Shown piece by piece: positions 1 to 8,230 of a stretch of 62,167 nucleotides of DNA. Below the pieces are notes generated by a model, which searched no databases, was not told the origin of the DNA, and was given only the letters and a program-made list of their open reading frames with translations. Origin of the DNA: a virus (Duplodnaviria; Caudoviricetes). Each line of letters starts with the position of its first letter. Position 1 is the first letter of the stretch. The translations under genes and the position numbers were made by a program. The DNA is taken from positions 1 to 62,167 of the IMG/VR virus record IMGVR_UViG_3300032373_000007; one strand, 5' to 3'.

Positions 1-237
1 TTGCTCGGGATACTCTGCGGGCTGTGGTGTGGCTTCGATGACGTCCAGGAGCTGAACCACGGTGAGTTCCAGCTGCCGGGTTCGCGTCCTTGCTGCCAGG
101 AGCTGGCCATCGAGGTGCTCTGCCTTCGCTGTCTGCACCCGGAGCCTGGTCTGCACCCGGAGCCTGCGCTCGGCAGCACCCTCGGTCAGGAGGTCACGGA
201 GCACGTCGAGGTCGGCCGGGTTGAGGACGACGGTCAT
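1..237 (-). CDS. hypothetical protein, runs off the window start (MTVVLNPADLDVL...)
   Basis: Open frame from ATG at 237 to base 1, translated by hand; same orientation as neighbours; contains an 18-bp tandem duplication. Confidence 0.6.
   Translation of the reverse strand, partial: MTVVLNPADLDVLRDLLTEGAAERRLRVQTRLRVQTAKAEHLDGQLLAARTRTRQLELTVVQLLDVIEATPQPAEYPEQ
131..166. repeat. 18-bp tandem duplication GTCTGCACCCGGAGCCTG x2
   Basis: Exact copies at 131-148 and 149-166, in frame (RLRVQT twice). Confidence 0.9.
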
Positions 238-262
238 CCGGGGATCTCGGTGGGACGGAGGG

Positions 263-736
263 TCATCGGGGTGCCGGGCCGTCGAACTCGTGACGGCCTG
301 CCTGGCGCGCATTCCTCACCAAGCGCTCACCCTCGATCTTCGACAGGTAGAGCATGGCTGCGGCGTTGACGGTTGGTGCTGCGGCATAGGCGCTGAACAG
401 CATTCCGCCACGGGTGATCTCAACGCTGTCGAGCTGGATGGTGACGAGGGGGGATCCTGAGCGCCCGATCGTGGCGCTCTTCTTCACCCTCGACCCGATC
501 GCCCTAGCGATGTCCTCGAGACGCTGAAGCGCAGCCCCGCCATCGTCTGCGGGCTCGGGGGTGGCCGGGCTGTCGAGGTCCAAGGCTTGTCCGATGAGGG
601 TGTGGGCGGCGCGCAGCTGCACCTCGTCGAGGTCGAGCACAGTGTCGGACTCATCGGTGAAGATTGACCAGTAGGCGATGCCGCATGAGCCTCTGGAGTT
701 GGTCAGGCTTACGCCGTGTCGCTTGATGGTGCTCAT
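263..736 (-). CDS. hypothetical protein
   Basis: ORF 263..910 with start trimmed to ATG 736 (ATGA overlap with the upstream small ORF). Confidence 0.6.
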   Translation of the reverse strand: MSTIKRHGVSLTNSRGSCGIAYWSIFTDESDTVLDLDEVQLRAAHTLIGQALDLDSPATPEPADDGGAALQRLEDIARAIGSRVKKSATIGRSGSPLVTIQLDSVEITRGGMLFSAYAAAPTVNAAAMLYLSKIEGERLVRNARQAGRHEFDGPAPR

Positions 737-849
737 GGTGATTCCGTTTCCGCGGCCTGCGCGAGCATCTCGTCTCGCTCGGCGGCGGTGATGAGGCCCA
801 CGGCGAACATGCCGAGAGCCAGGGTGGTGAGTCGTTGGGTGGGGGTCAT
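733..849 (-). CDS. small hypothetical protein (MTPTQRLTTLALGMF...)
   Basis: 38-aa ORF coupled by ATGA overlaps at both ends; below the ORF-track cut-off. Confidence 0.55.
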   Translation of the reverse strand: MTPTQRLTTLALGMFAVGLITAAERDEMLAQAAETESP

Positions 850-1022
850 TGGTCGGTGTCCGACTGGTCGTAGTCGCGGGCCACTTGGTCGAGCCGGTCG
901 GCCTCGGCAAGCTGCTGGTCAGCGGCTGCGCGGTCGGTGGTGTAGCGCGCGTCCTCGCGGAGGAAACCGGCCTCTTGCTGGAGGAGCGCGGCGTATCCGG
1001 GCAGGGGGTCGGGGCGGGTCAT
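846..1022 (-). CDS. hypothetical protein
   Basis: ATG 1022 overlaps the stop of the upstream gene. Confidence 0.55.
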   Translation of the reverse strand: MTRPDPLPGYAALLQQEAGFLREDARYTTDRAAADQQLAEADRLDQVARDYDQSDTDQ

Positions 1023-1324
1023 CGGATCGTGATCGGCTGGCTGGGGTCGAAGTCGATGCCGTTGTCTGCCATCCAGGCAAGCCACTCGGGGTCAGGCTCA
1101 CCAAGGCGGTAGACGCTGCCGGACTTGGTCTGCACCAGCCGCCCGTCGGATTCGACGATGCGGGAGGTGGTGAAGTACATGCCTGGCTTGATGGGATGGT
1201 CGGCGTGCAGGTGCTTGCGGGGCCCCACGGTCTCGGGGGCCCGGTAGATGTCGCCGGCTCTGGGCGGGCCTTCCTGCATGGACCAGTTCTCAAGGGTGGC
1301 CTTTGGGGTGGTGGTGATACTCAT
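1019..1324 (-). CDS. phage hypothetical protein (TSRIV...VQTKSGSVYRLG)
   Basis: First gene after the promoter at 1374-1402; GGAG-CCGACC-ATG initiation site. Confidence 0.7.
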   Translation of the reverse strand: MSITTTPKATLENWSMQEGPPRAGDIYRAPETVGPRKHLHADHPIKPGMYFTTSRIVESDGRLVQTKSGSVYRLGEPDPEWLAWMADNGIDFDPSQPITIR

Positions 1325-1373
1325 GGTCGGCTCCGTGGTCGGTGGCGCCGGGGTTCTCCCCTCCGGCCCCTCT

Positions 1374-1402
1374 ACATTAGGCCACCCCGGCTAATCATGC
1401 AA
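1374..1402 (-). promoter_or_regulatory. sigma70-like promoter with GCCR-N3-YGGC operator (P1)
   Basis: TTGCAT-17 nt-TAATGT on the - strand; operator GCCACCCCGGC (+ strand) in the spacer. Confidence 0.8.
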
Positions 1403-1451
1403 GGGTGTTTCTGTTCGATTCTGCGAAATAGCTACCCAGCGGGCCACGGCC

Positions 1452-2048
1452 TCACGTCAGAGCCCAGAGCGGTTGCTGCTCGCCCTTCGCTTCCTTCCAA
1501 CTCCACCCAGGGACAACCTCAGAGGGGCCCGCATAGCCGCGCTGGAACCAGAACCAGCCGTAGGCAGACGAGCCCGAGCCGCTGCTCGTGAACGGGACGC
1601 GCTCAGCCAGGACCCAGACCTTCCGCAGGGGCCAACGCTCCCAGCAGGGGACCCGAGCCCCGGACTCCATGACCGCCAGGCGCAGCAAGAAGGCGACGTT
1701 CGGGGCCACAGTCAGGGCGTGGTCCACGTGAGCCTCGAAGCCCTCATAGGGTGGGTTGCCCACCACCCACTCGTATCCGGGCACCACGAAGTCCTGGAAG
1801 TCTGAGGACCACGGCTCCACGCCTGGGATCTTGAGAGCTCGGGCGTCCGGGTTGATATCGTTGGCGAGGATCTCGAGGCCGATGCCCAGGCCCAGCAGGG
1901 CGCGCACGAAGGCCCCTCCGCCACAGTGGGGCTCGATGACTGCGCTCCCCTTGGCGATGGGCAGCACGGCCACGCAGGACCGGGCACACTCGTCGGGGGT
2001 GTAGTAGGCGTCCCCTTCGCGGCGGTCGCCCTTGGGGTGGTGGTTCAC
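1452..2048 (-). CDS. DNA methyltransferase (amino-MTase, NPPY type)
   Basis: DAYYTP, SAM-binding EPHCGGGAF, catalytic GNPPY; GTG start overlaps the HNH stop. Confidence 0.8.
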   Translation of the reverse strand: MNHHPKGDRREGDAYYTPDECARSCVAVLPIAKGSAVIEPHCGGGAFVRALLGLGIGLEILANDINPDARALKIPGVEPWSSDFQDFVVPGYEWVVGNPPYEGFEAHVDHALTVAPNVAFLLRLAVMESGARVPCWERWPLRKVWVLAERVPFTSSGSGSSAYGWFWFQRGYAGPSEVVPGWSWKEAKGEQQPLWALT

Positions 2049-2629
2049 TTCTTCCGCCAGCAGCCCGGGCTGGCGCCCGGCAGGTGAGCCCAACTTCTGC
2101 CGCTGGCCACATCCTTGATTGTGGAGCGTGCCACGCCGTACTCTGCGGCAAGGGCCGTTGATGATGTGTGCGGAATTCGTGTGCGGATATCCATCACATC
2201 GGCAGCCGACAGCCTCGCGTTGGGGTGCCCTGAGCCGCGAGGCCTCCTGCCATGTTGGATGCAGTCATCCGCGTTCTCTTGATGTGTCCCCCACCGCAGG
2301 TTGGCGAGAGAGTTGTTGACAGGGTCGCCATCTATGTGGCGACAGACCATCCCAGCAGGGCAGGGTCCCACGAAGGCAAGCAGCATGAGGCGATGGATCC
2401 CACATCTACGCGCACCGTTCCTGTTCAATTCGACGGTGCGGTGCCCATACGGGCCGGACACGTAGCGAAGAATGCGGCCCTTTCGGTTTGTGAACCTGGA
2501 GCCCGCACGGCGTTGCTCCCACACCACCCGGTCCAGGCTCCGCACCCTCCCCTGATCGCTGACTTCGTAGATGCCGACGTACCCGGGAACGGGTCGCCAC
2601 TCTTCGATCGTGGTAGCTTCGTCTTGCAT
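2045..2629 (-). CDS. NUMOD4-HNH homing endonuclease
   Basis: EEWRPVPGYVGIYEVSDQGRVRS (NUMOD4); HRLMLLAFVG...RHIDGDPVNNSLANLRW (HNH); C-terminal HTH; visibly lower GC. Confidence 0.9.
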   Translation of the reverse strand: MQDEATTIEEWRPVPGYVGIYEVSDQGRVRSLDRVVWEQRRAGSRFTNRKGRILRYVSGPYGHRTVELNRNGARRCGIHRLMLLAFVGPCPAGMVCRHIDGDPVNNSLANLRWGTHQENADDCIQHGRRPRGSGHPNARLSAADVMDIRTRIPHTSSTALAAEYGVARSTIKDVASGRSWAHLPGASPGCWRKK

Positions 2630-2697
2630 GAGCCCTCCAATCGGCTTGTGCAGGTGGGTCGAGGCGTTGGCGCGCCTCCCCACCATCCTATCATGCT

Positions 2698-3213
2698 TCA
2701 CTGCCCGAACAGGTCCACCTGCGCCGCCGGCGGAACCTCGTGCCACTGGATGGTCTTCCCGCTGCCGTCAGCCTCCCGGATCCAGGCCATGCGCCGAGCC
2801 TGAGCGCACTCGATGGCCTCGCCCAGGTCCATGTGGCTCTGCTTGCAGTCGCAGTACCAGGACGAACTCCAGCCGGTCTTGGCCTCGTACTGCTCCTGGG
2901 TCAGCGTCATCGGGTGGAACAGGCGCCGATCCTTGCGGTCCTTCCACTCGACCCACCACTCCGAGGCAGAGGCCATGCACTTGGAGCAGGCAGCCCCAGG
3001 CCGGCAGATGGTCTTGCCCGCGCAGTCCCCGTCCGAGGGCTTGCCGTTGGCGACCTGCTCGTGGGTGATGCACTCCAGGCGCCAGACGCGGTGGTCAGCT
3101 CGGTCGAGATCCTTGCTGTTCACCGGCCCCTCGTGGTCGCTCACCTTGGCGACGATGCCGATGCCTTCGATGTGGACGGCAGCCCACACGCGGACGATCC
3201 CTTCAGCCAGCAT
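2698..3213 (-). CDS. Cys-rich hypothetical protein ending QVDLFGQ
   Basis: Start trimmed to ATG 3213; CxxC/CxC motifs. Confidence 0.55.
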   Translation of the reverse strand: MLAEGIVRVWAAVHIEGIGIVAKVSDHEGPVNSKDLDRADHRVWRLECITHEQVANGKPSDGDCAGKTICRPGAACSKCMASASEWWVEWKDRKDRRLFHPMTLTQEQYEAKTGWSSSWYCDCKQSHMDLGEAIECAQARRMAWIREADGSGKTIQWHEVPPAAQVDLFGQ

Positions 3214-3985
3214 CGGAGGGCTCCTCGATGACCAGGCGGACAGCGCCGGCCTTTCCCGCGTCAGCCACGAAGCTGTGCAGCTCGGGGGCGTTCCCCTCCA
3301 GGGTAGCCTCAATGCGGAAGGTGGTGGATCCAGGCTGGCCCTCGTAGCAGATGGTCTCCACCCTGGTGATTCGGGCCAGGTTCGGGCAGGCGCGAGCATG
3401 GGCGCTGGGGGTGGTGAACAGCGGGATTCTGCCACTAAGCACTTCCCGCCTCTTGATGAAGGCGTTGAACTTGTCCATGAACTCCTGTCGGTGGTCAGCC
3501 GGCAGAGCATCTGCCTCGACTGGCTCAGGGGCCCCATCTGCATCCTCGTCGGGCCAGGGCACGGTGTGGCCCTCGTCGTCCACCGGGCGGAAGAGGGTGC
3601 CGTCCTCGTTGCGCGAGTCGGGCACGATGCCGATCTCCTTGCCGTGCTCCCCGTAGACCTTGCCGCCCTGGACCCAGAGCAGGAACATGATGGGGTAGCT
3701 GCTGCTGTTGTTGGCGACCCAGCACCGGCCGCGGTCTTCATGGGCTCGCACATCTTCGACGCTGGGGATGCCTGGGCGGAATGCGCCCACCTCGGGGCCA
3801 TGCTTGGCCTCCAGTTCCTTCACGCGAGCCACCAGCCCGTCCCGCTGGTCGGTCAGGCTGGCGATGCTCTGGATGTCGCCGGACGGGTCACACTTCGTCT
3901 CCAGGTCGTGGATGTAGACCCGGAGGGGTCGGGGCAGGGCGTTGACGTTGTCGGCGGTCGGGAGCCAGTTGTCAGGGATGATCAC
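3203..3985 (-). CDS. hypothetical protein
   Basis: 260-aa ORF coupled to its neighbours. Confidence 0.65.
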   Translation of the reverse strand: MIIPDNWLPTADNVNALPRPLRVYIHDLETKCDPSGDIQSIASLTDQRDGLVARVKELEAKHGPEVGAFRPGIPSVEDVRAHEDRGRCWVANNSSSYPIMFLLWVQGGKVYGEHGKEIGIVPDSRNEDGTLFRPVDDEGHTVPWPDEDADGAPEPVEADALPADHRQEFMDKFNAFIKRREVLSGRIPLFTTPSAHARACPNLARITRVETICYEGQPGSTTFRIEATLEGNAPELHSFVADAGKAGAVRLVIEEPSDAG

Positions 3986-4443
3986 GACGCACCCCCAGCC
4001 CGCACCCAGCCGATTCGGTCGAGCCGGAACTGCCGCTTGGCATCCTTGTCGAGATCGGTGGCGTAGACGCTCGACCCCTTGCGGCCTGGGGCCACGCCAT
4101 CGACGCGCCGGGTGCGCTCCTCAGTGTCCTTCGTGCCCTGGTAGCCAATCTCGAAGGGCTTGCCGGCCAGGATGGCGTCGGCGAGCTCCGCGGCGATCCG
4201 CACAGGCTCGCGCTTGGCTTCTCGAGGATGCGGGTAGCTGCCGTCCTTGGCGGGGATGGTGCTCTGGGGCTGCACCGCGAGCAGCTGGACCTCCTGGCCA
4301 GCGACAAGCACCAGGACCATCTCGGCAGGGCCCTCGGCGGTGTCGATGGTGAGCAGGCCGCAGGGCCACCAGAAGTCTGGGGCGGCGTCGAGCCAGCAGG
4401 GGGTGGTGAGGTAGTCAGCGATGGGTCGGGATGAGGTGGTCAT
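3982..4443 (-). CDS. WYL-domain-like protein
   Basis: C-terminal FEIGY...ERTRRV...YATDLDKDAKRQFRLDRI matches the WYL pattern (R-x-F-R-L-D-R-I). Confidence 0.7.
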   Translation of the reverse strand: MTTSSRPIADYLTTPCWLDAAPDFWWPCGLLTIDTAEGPAEMVLVLVAGQEVQLLAVQPQSTIPAKDGSYPHPREAKREPVRIAAELADAILAGKPFEIGYQGTKDTEERTRRVDGVAPGRKGSSVYATDLDKDAKRQFRLDRIGWVRAGGAS

Positions 4444-4452
4444 GTGGTGCTC

Positions 4453-4728
4453 CTACCAGCTGCGCAGGGCGCGCTTGATGGTTTCGATGTGTTCCTTGGC
4501 GATGTCGCAGGTGCGCTTGTCCAACTCGCCTGGACGGGGCTTCTCTGGGTCGACGGTGAGGATTGCGTCCAGCGCCTTGAGGCGGGCCAGGGCGTGGTCC
4601 AGCATCTCGCGACGCCCTGCCAGCTGCGCGTTCCGGCACTGGCGCGCAATTCCAGTCACGACGCTGAGCGGGGTGTCGCCCGGCAGCAGCGCGATGATAT
4701 CGTCGTAGTTGACGTCTGGGTCCTTCAT
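4453..4728 (-). CDS. hypothetical protein
   Basis: CACAGGAGACTGACC-ATG initiation site. Confidence 0.6.
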   Translation of the reverse strand: MKDPDVNYDDIIALLPGDTPLSVVTGIARQCRNAQLAGRREMLDHALARLKALDAILTVDPEKPRPGELDKRTCDIAKEHIETIKRALRSW

Positions 4729-4730
4729 GG

Positions 4731-5408
4731 TCAGTCTCCTGTGGGGGTGATCGGCTTGGGTGTGGGGATGCGCAGCCACACGACTGCGCGGCCCCCTCGC
4801 TCGGTGTGGATGAGTCCAGGGAGCGCCCGAATCTCGTGGGCCTTCAGGTGGCGCCACTTGCAGGTGCCCTCGCCCGCTCGAAAGATGCCCTGCGGGCACC
4901 CGGTGCAGCTTGAGCCGTAGTCCAGGCCGCGCTCCCGGATCCACCGGATCGCCAGATCGCGAGCTGACCAGACCTTCGTGTTCTCGAAGACGGCGACAGG
5001 CTCGCACTCCTTGAGCATCAGCCGGGTGGCGTTGGCGCAGGTCTTGTTCATCCCGTGCGGCGCCGACATGTAGACCGGGCGCTCTGGCGGCATCGCCTCG
5101 GCAGGCTCCTCGTGCCAGTCGTCGCCACGCAGGACCCAGAAGGTGACCACGTCGAACTCGGAGGGGCGTAGGCCCAGCTTCAGGCCCTCGGGAGACACGG
5201 CGCAGACGGCCCCGTAGCTGTTGGTCCAGGCGCCGTAGATCTCGCCGTTCTCGACGCGCAGGGCCGGCTCCTTGGTGAGCCCTGCGATGTCCGAACCTCG
5301 CGAGCCCACGGCCCGGATGGTGGCAGGGACACGGTCGCCGTAGCGCTTCGGGTAGTGCTTGGGATCTCGGAGCTGAAGCGCTGGACAGTCGATCATGGGG
5401 GTGGTCAT
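4731..5408 (-). CDS. hypothetical protein, Cys-containing C-terminus
   Basis: 225-aa ORF with ATGA overlap. Confidence 0.6.
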   Translation of the reverse strand: MTTPMIDCPALQLRDPKHYPKRYGDRVPATIRAVGSRGSDIAGLTKEPALRVENGEIYGAWTNSYGAVCAVSPEGLKLGLRPSEFDVVTFWVLRGDDWHEEPAEAMPPERPVYMSAPHGMNKTCANATRLMLKECEPVAVFENTKVWSARDLAIRWIRERGLDYGSSCTGCPQGIFRAGEGTCKWRHLKAHEIRALPGLIHTERGGRAVVWLRIPTPKPITPTGD

Positions 5409-5674
5409 CGGGGTTCTCGGGTGGTTAGTGGATAGTCGGGGTCAACCCCCAGGCGCTTGAGTTGGGCGCGGGCTGCGCGGGCCTCAGCCTCCCAGGTCGC
5501 AGCGTTGTGCCGGAGCTGGGTGTTGGCCTCGCGGAGCTGCTCAGCGGCAGCCAGGGCCTGGGTCTTGAGGCTTCGGGTGGTCGCGGGCTCCTCGGCCTTG
5601 GCGAGCAGCCGCACGAAGCGCTTGAGGTCGTCGATGGCGGGGCAGGTGGCCCCGATGGGGGTGTGGGTGGGCAT
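5405..5674 (-). CDS. hypothetical coiled-coil protein
   Basis: ACAGGA RBS before ATG 5674. Confidence 0.55.
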   Translation of the reverse strand: MPTHTPIGATCPAIDDLKRFVRLLAKAEEPATTRSLKTQALAAAEQLREANTQLRHNAATWEAEARAARAQLKRLGVDPDYPLTTREPR

Positions 5675-5688
5675 CGTCTGTCCTGTGG

Positions 5689-6222
5689 TCAGTCTTCGTC
5701 GATGGGTGAGGTGAGCGTGAAGGATGCGACCTGGCCCACGTTCTCGCCCCGGAACTGCTCCACCACATCGTCGTCGTCGATGGCAGCGACCCAGGTCTCG
5801 ACGTCCTCGATGGCGACCTGGAGGGCTTGCTCCAGGGTGGGCGCGGTCCACTTGTAGTGACGGCTCGGGCCGAGCAGGTAGCAGTGGAGAGTGAGCGAGG
5901 CGGACGCGGGGTCGTCGATCTCAGGGTTGTGGATGGAGGGCAGGTAGGCCTCGGCCTTGATCTGGCCTTCGTACCTCTTGCCGCCTTCGCCCTGCTCGTC
6001 CCGCATCTTGGCGATGCCTGCGGTGACGAGGGCGCGGAAGTCTGCGAGGGTGGGCGGTGGCGCGGGAGGCGGCAGTCTCGCCTTCTTCCGGCATGCTGGG
6101 CACGTGGCTGCGCCCTTGTCCATGGTTGCGTTGGCGTCTGCTGGGGCGCTGAAGAAGCCTCGACCGCAGGCGGTCCAGGTGGTTTGCCAGACGAGACAGA
6201 TGGGCTGGTCGGTGGTCGGCAT
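5689..6222 (-). CDS. hypothetical protein with N-terminal Cys motifs
   Basis: CACAGGACTGACC-ATG at 6222. Confidence 0.6.
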   Translation of the reverse strand: MPTTDQPICLVWQTTWTACGRGFFSAPADANATMDKGAATCPACRKKARLPPPAPPPTLADFRALVTAGIAKMRDEQGEGGKRYEGQIKAEAYLPSIHNPEIDDPASASLTLHCYLLGPSRHYKWTAPTLEQALQVAIEDVETWVAAIDDDDVVEQFRGENVGQVASFTLTSPIDED

Positions 6223-6240
6223 GGTCAGTCCTGTGGGTCT

Positions 6241-6316
6241 CGGAGGCCGTGAGGGTGGGGCGGTCGTGAGACCTGCCCCTGCAGGCTTTCCCTGCGCGTC
6301 CTCATGGTGGCCTCCG
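6241..6316 (-). ncRNA. candidate three-way-junction structured RNA or leader
   Basis: Nested complementarity: CGGAGGCC/GGCCTCCG, TGAGG/CCTCA, hairpins GCAGG-GAAAG-CCTGC and GGGGC-A-GGTC-TCAC-GACC-GCCCC. Confidence 0.35.
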
Positions 6317-6359
6317 GGTGTGGTGGGTGGCCGGATAAAGCTCCGGCGGGCTGGGGCGC

Positions 6360-6632
6360 TCAGGCTGCAGCGATGAGCCATGGGCCGCCGCTTGAGCGGT
6401 TGCCGCTGGGGCCAGCGTTCGCGGCCTTGGCAGGGTTCATTGCGCGCCAGCCGTTGGGGGTCTGGAAGTCGGCGCACCACTGAGCAGCATCAGCGGCAGC
6501 GGTGCGGAGCGCATCGGCGGTCGATTCCGCCGTGTACGCGTGATGACCGACCACGCCACCGGGGCCCTCGATGCTGACGATGTAGAGGCGGTCGAAGTCG
6601 GCGTAAAACGGGACGGTGACGGTGCGGGGCAT
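6360..6632 (-). CDS. hypothetical protein
   Basis: First gene after promoter P2; AAGGA RBS. Confidence 0.6.
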   Translation of the reverse strand: MPRTVTVPFYADFDRLYIVSIEGPGGVVGHHAYTAESTADALRTAAADAAQWCADFQTPNGWRAMNPAKAANAGPSGNRSSGGPWLIAAA

Positions 6633-6681
6633 GGTGTCTTCCTTGGTGGTTGCCGGTTGGTTTCCCCCTCCCGGCCCCCAA

Positions 6682-6710
6682 ACTATAGGCCATCGCGGCT
6701 AAGGCTGCAA
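6682..6710 (-). promoter_or_regulatory. sigma70-like promoter with operator (P2)
   Basis: TTGCAG-17 nt-TATAGT; operator GCCATCGCGGC. Confidence 0.85.
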
Positions 6711-6738
6711 GGCCCATCGAGTCGATAGGGCTATTTTT

Positions 6739-7317
6739 CTACGGCATCGCTTCCAGCCACCGAGCCCTGCTCCTGCACTTCTGCCCCATATCGAGGGCCC
6801 CCTGCATCGACAGCGACGCCGGAGCCCCGCCCTCCCGATACCAGCGCCACCACGCCTCGCGCAGATCAGCCCACGGCACCAGCACAGTCACCAACGGCCA
6901 AGCCAGGAGCACGAAGGCCACACCTCCGCACCTCAAGCAGGCATCGAAGGCGAGGGCTTGGTCAGGGGTCGCGGCCCGCTTGTTGTGGCAGAGCCGCGCG
7001 AAGCTCCAGAGGTCGGAGTCCTTGCCGATCACCTTGGCATCGAAGTGCAGGCCGACAGTGCGCCCTTCAACCACTGCCCAGCCGGTGTAGTCACCATCAC
7101 CTGCGCCCTCGAAGAAGCCCGAGCACCGAGCGCCGGCCTGGCCGGTCACCCGGAACTTTGGGGGGCTGTGGCGGATGAAGGCGAGCCCCTGCTGGTCGTA
7201 GGCGGCGTGCTGGGCCTCCAGGGCCTTCTCGAAGGCTGCGCCCCGCCTGGAGGCGACGCTGCGGGCCTGGGCAGCCTTGTGCTGCTTGCCTGCTCCTGCG
7301 TTGCGGCGCCTGGGCAT
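6739..7317 (-). CDS. RecU-like Holliday junction resolvase
   Basis: RGAAFE...Y...LAFIRHSPP...GFFEG...DYTG...HFDAK matches the RecU nuclease motif order. Confidence 0.75.
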   Translation of the reverse strand: MPRRRNAGAGKQHKAAQARSVASRRGAAFEKALEAQHAAYDQQGLAFIRHSPPKFRVTGQAGARCSGFFEGAGDGDYTGWAVVEGRTVGLHFDAKVIGKDSDLWSFARLCHNKRAATPDQALAFDACLRCGGVAFVLLAWPLVTVLVPWADLREAWWRWYREGGAPASLSMQGALDMGQKCRSRARWLEAMP

Positions 7318-7805
7318 CAGGGCCTCACCCCAGCAACGATTGGCCCGCCCCAAGCACCAACCTTGGCCCGCCGGCGCATGTCCTGGATCTCCTCCTCGCT
7401 CCCTCCCCAGCGCATGTGCAGCTTGCGTCTTTCCACATGGGTCAGGGTGATGCCACGCTCCACCACGCGGAGCACGATGGCCCGACGCCCACGCCATGTG
7501 GGGAAGTGGTCTTCATCGGACCGCTCCAGATCTCCGAGCAGCTTGACCAGGTAGAGGTCGCCACCCACAGCCCTGGAGGCGTAGTAGCGGGCGTATGGCT
7601 TGTCTCTGGTGGCGTAGACCCACCCCTCTGGGGTTGCAGGGTCCAGGATGCCCTCACGGCCCTCCCGCTGAGCGTCACAGCACGGGCAGCCCTCGACGTA
7701 GCGATGGGCAGCCATGCCGGGCCGGATGACTGAGCCCTTGCCGAGCCCAGGCACCCCACCGTGAAAGAGTTTCGGTTGCCGGTGGCGGCGTGGAGACCTA
7801 CTCAC
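7317..7805 (-). CDS. Arr-like ADP-ribosyltransferase
   Basis: GTG 7805 overlaps the dUTPase stop; LFHGG-x3-L-x2-G-x2-I-x-PG, VYAT-x-D, LYLV-x3-G-x-LE-x3-ED resemble the rifampin ADP-ribosyltransferase (Arr) fold. Confidence 0.6.
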   Translation of the reverse strand: MSRSPRRHRQPKLFHGGVPGLGKGSVIRPGMAAHRYVEGCPCCDAQREGREGILDPATPEGWVYATRDKPYARYYASRAVGGDLYLVKLLGDLERSDEDHFPTWRGRRAIVLRVVERGITLTHVERRKLHMRWGGSEEEIQDMRRRAKVGAWGGPIVAGVRP

Positions 7806-8230
7806 GAGACACCCGTGGACCCGAAGCCGCCAGTCCCGCGCTCGGTCTCGTCCAGCGACTCCACCGCCACGAGCTCCACCTGGGGCACGGGCACGATCAC
7901 GAGCTGGGCGATGCGGTCGCCACGCTCCCACCGGACGCTGGCGCCTGCTGCGTGCAGGATGACACCCACAGGGCCGCGATACGAGCTGTCCACTGTGCCT
8001 GGGCTGTTGGGGATGGTGAGGCCGTAGCGCAGGGCGAGGCCCGACCTGGGGCGCACCTGGCCCTCGTAGCCTGCGGGGATGGCGACTCGGAGCCCGGTCG
8101 GAACCAGTCGGCGCTCACCAGCCATGAGGTGGCCAGCCTCAGCTGCGCGCAGGTCCATGCCAGCGTCGCCAGGGTGGGCCTGTATTGGGGTCAGGTCGGG
8201 GTGGGTGATGGTGAAGGGGACTCGGATCAT
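7802..8230 (-). CDS. dut: trimeric dUTPase
   Basis: DAGMDL, QVRPRSGLA, NSPGTVDSSYRG, GDRIAQLV, RGTGGFGSTG. Confidence 0.97.
   Translation of the reverse strand: MIRVPFTITHPDLTPIQAHPGDAGMDLRAAEAGHLMAGERRLVPTGLRVAIPAGYEGQVRPRSGLALRYGLTIPNSPGTVDSSYRGPVGVILHAAGASVRWERGDRIAQLVIVPVPQVELVAVESLDETERGTGGFGSTGVS

Noticed and set aside
1452-2629. MTase plus HNH as a restriction-modification system
   Set aside because: The NUMOD4-HNH-HTH layout is typical of homing endonucleases, and orphan MTases are common in phages
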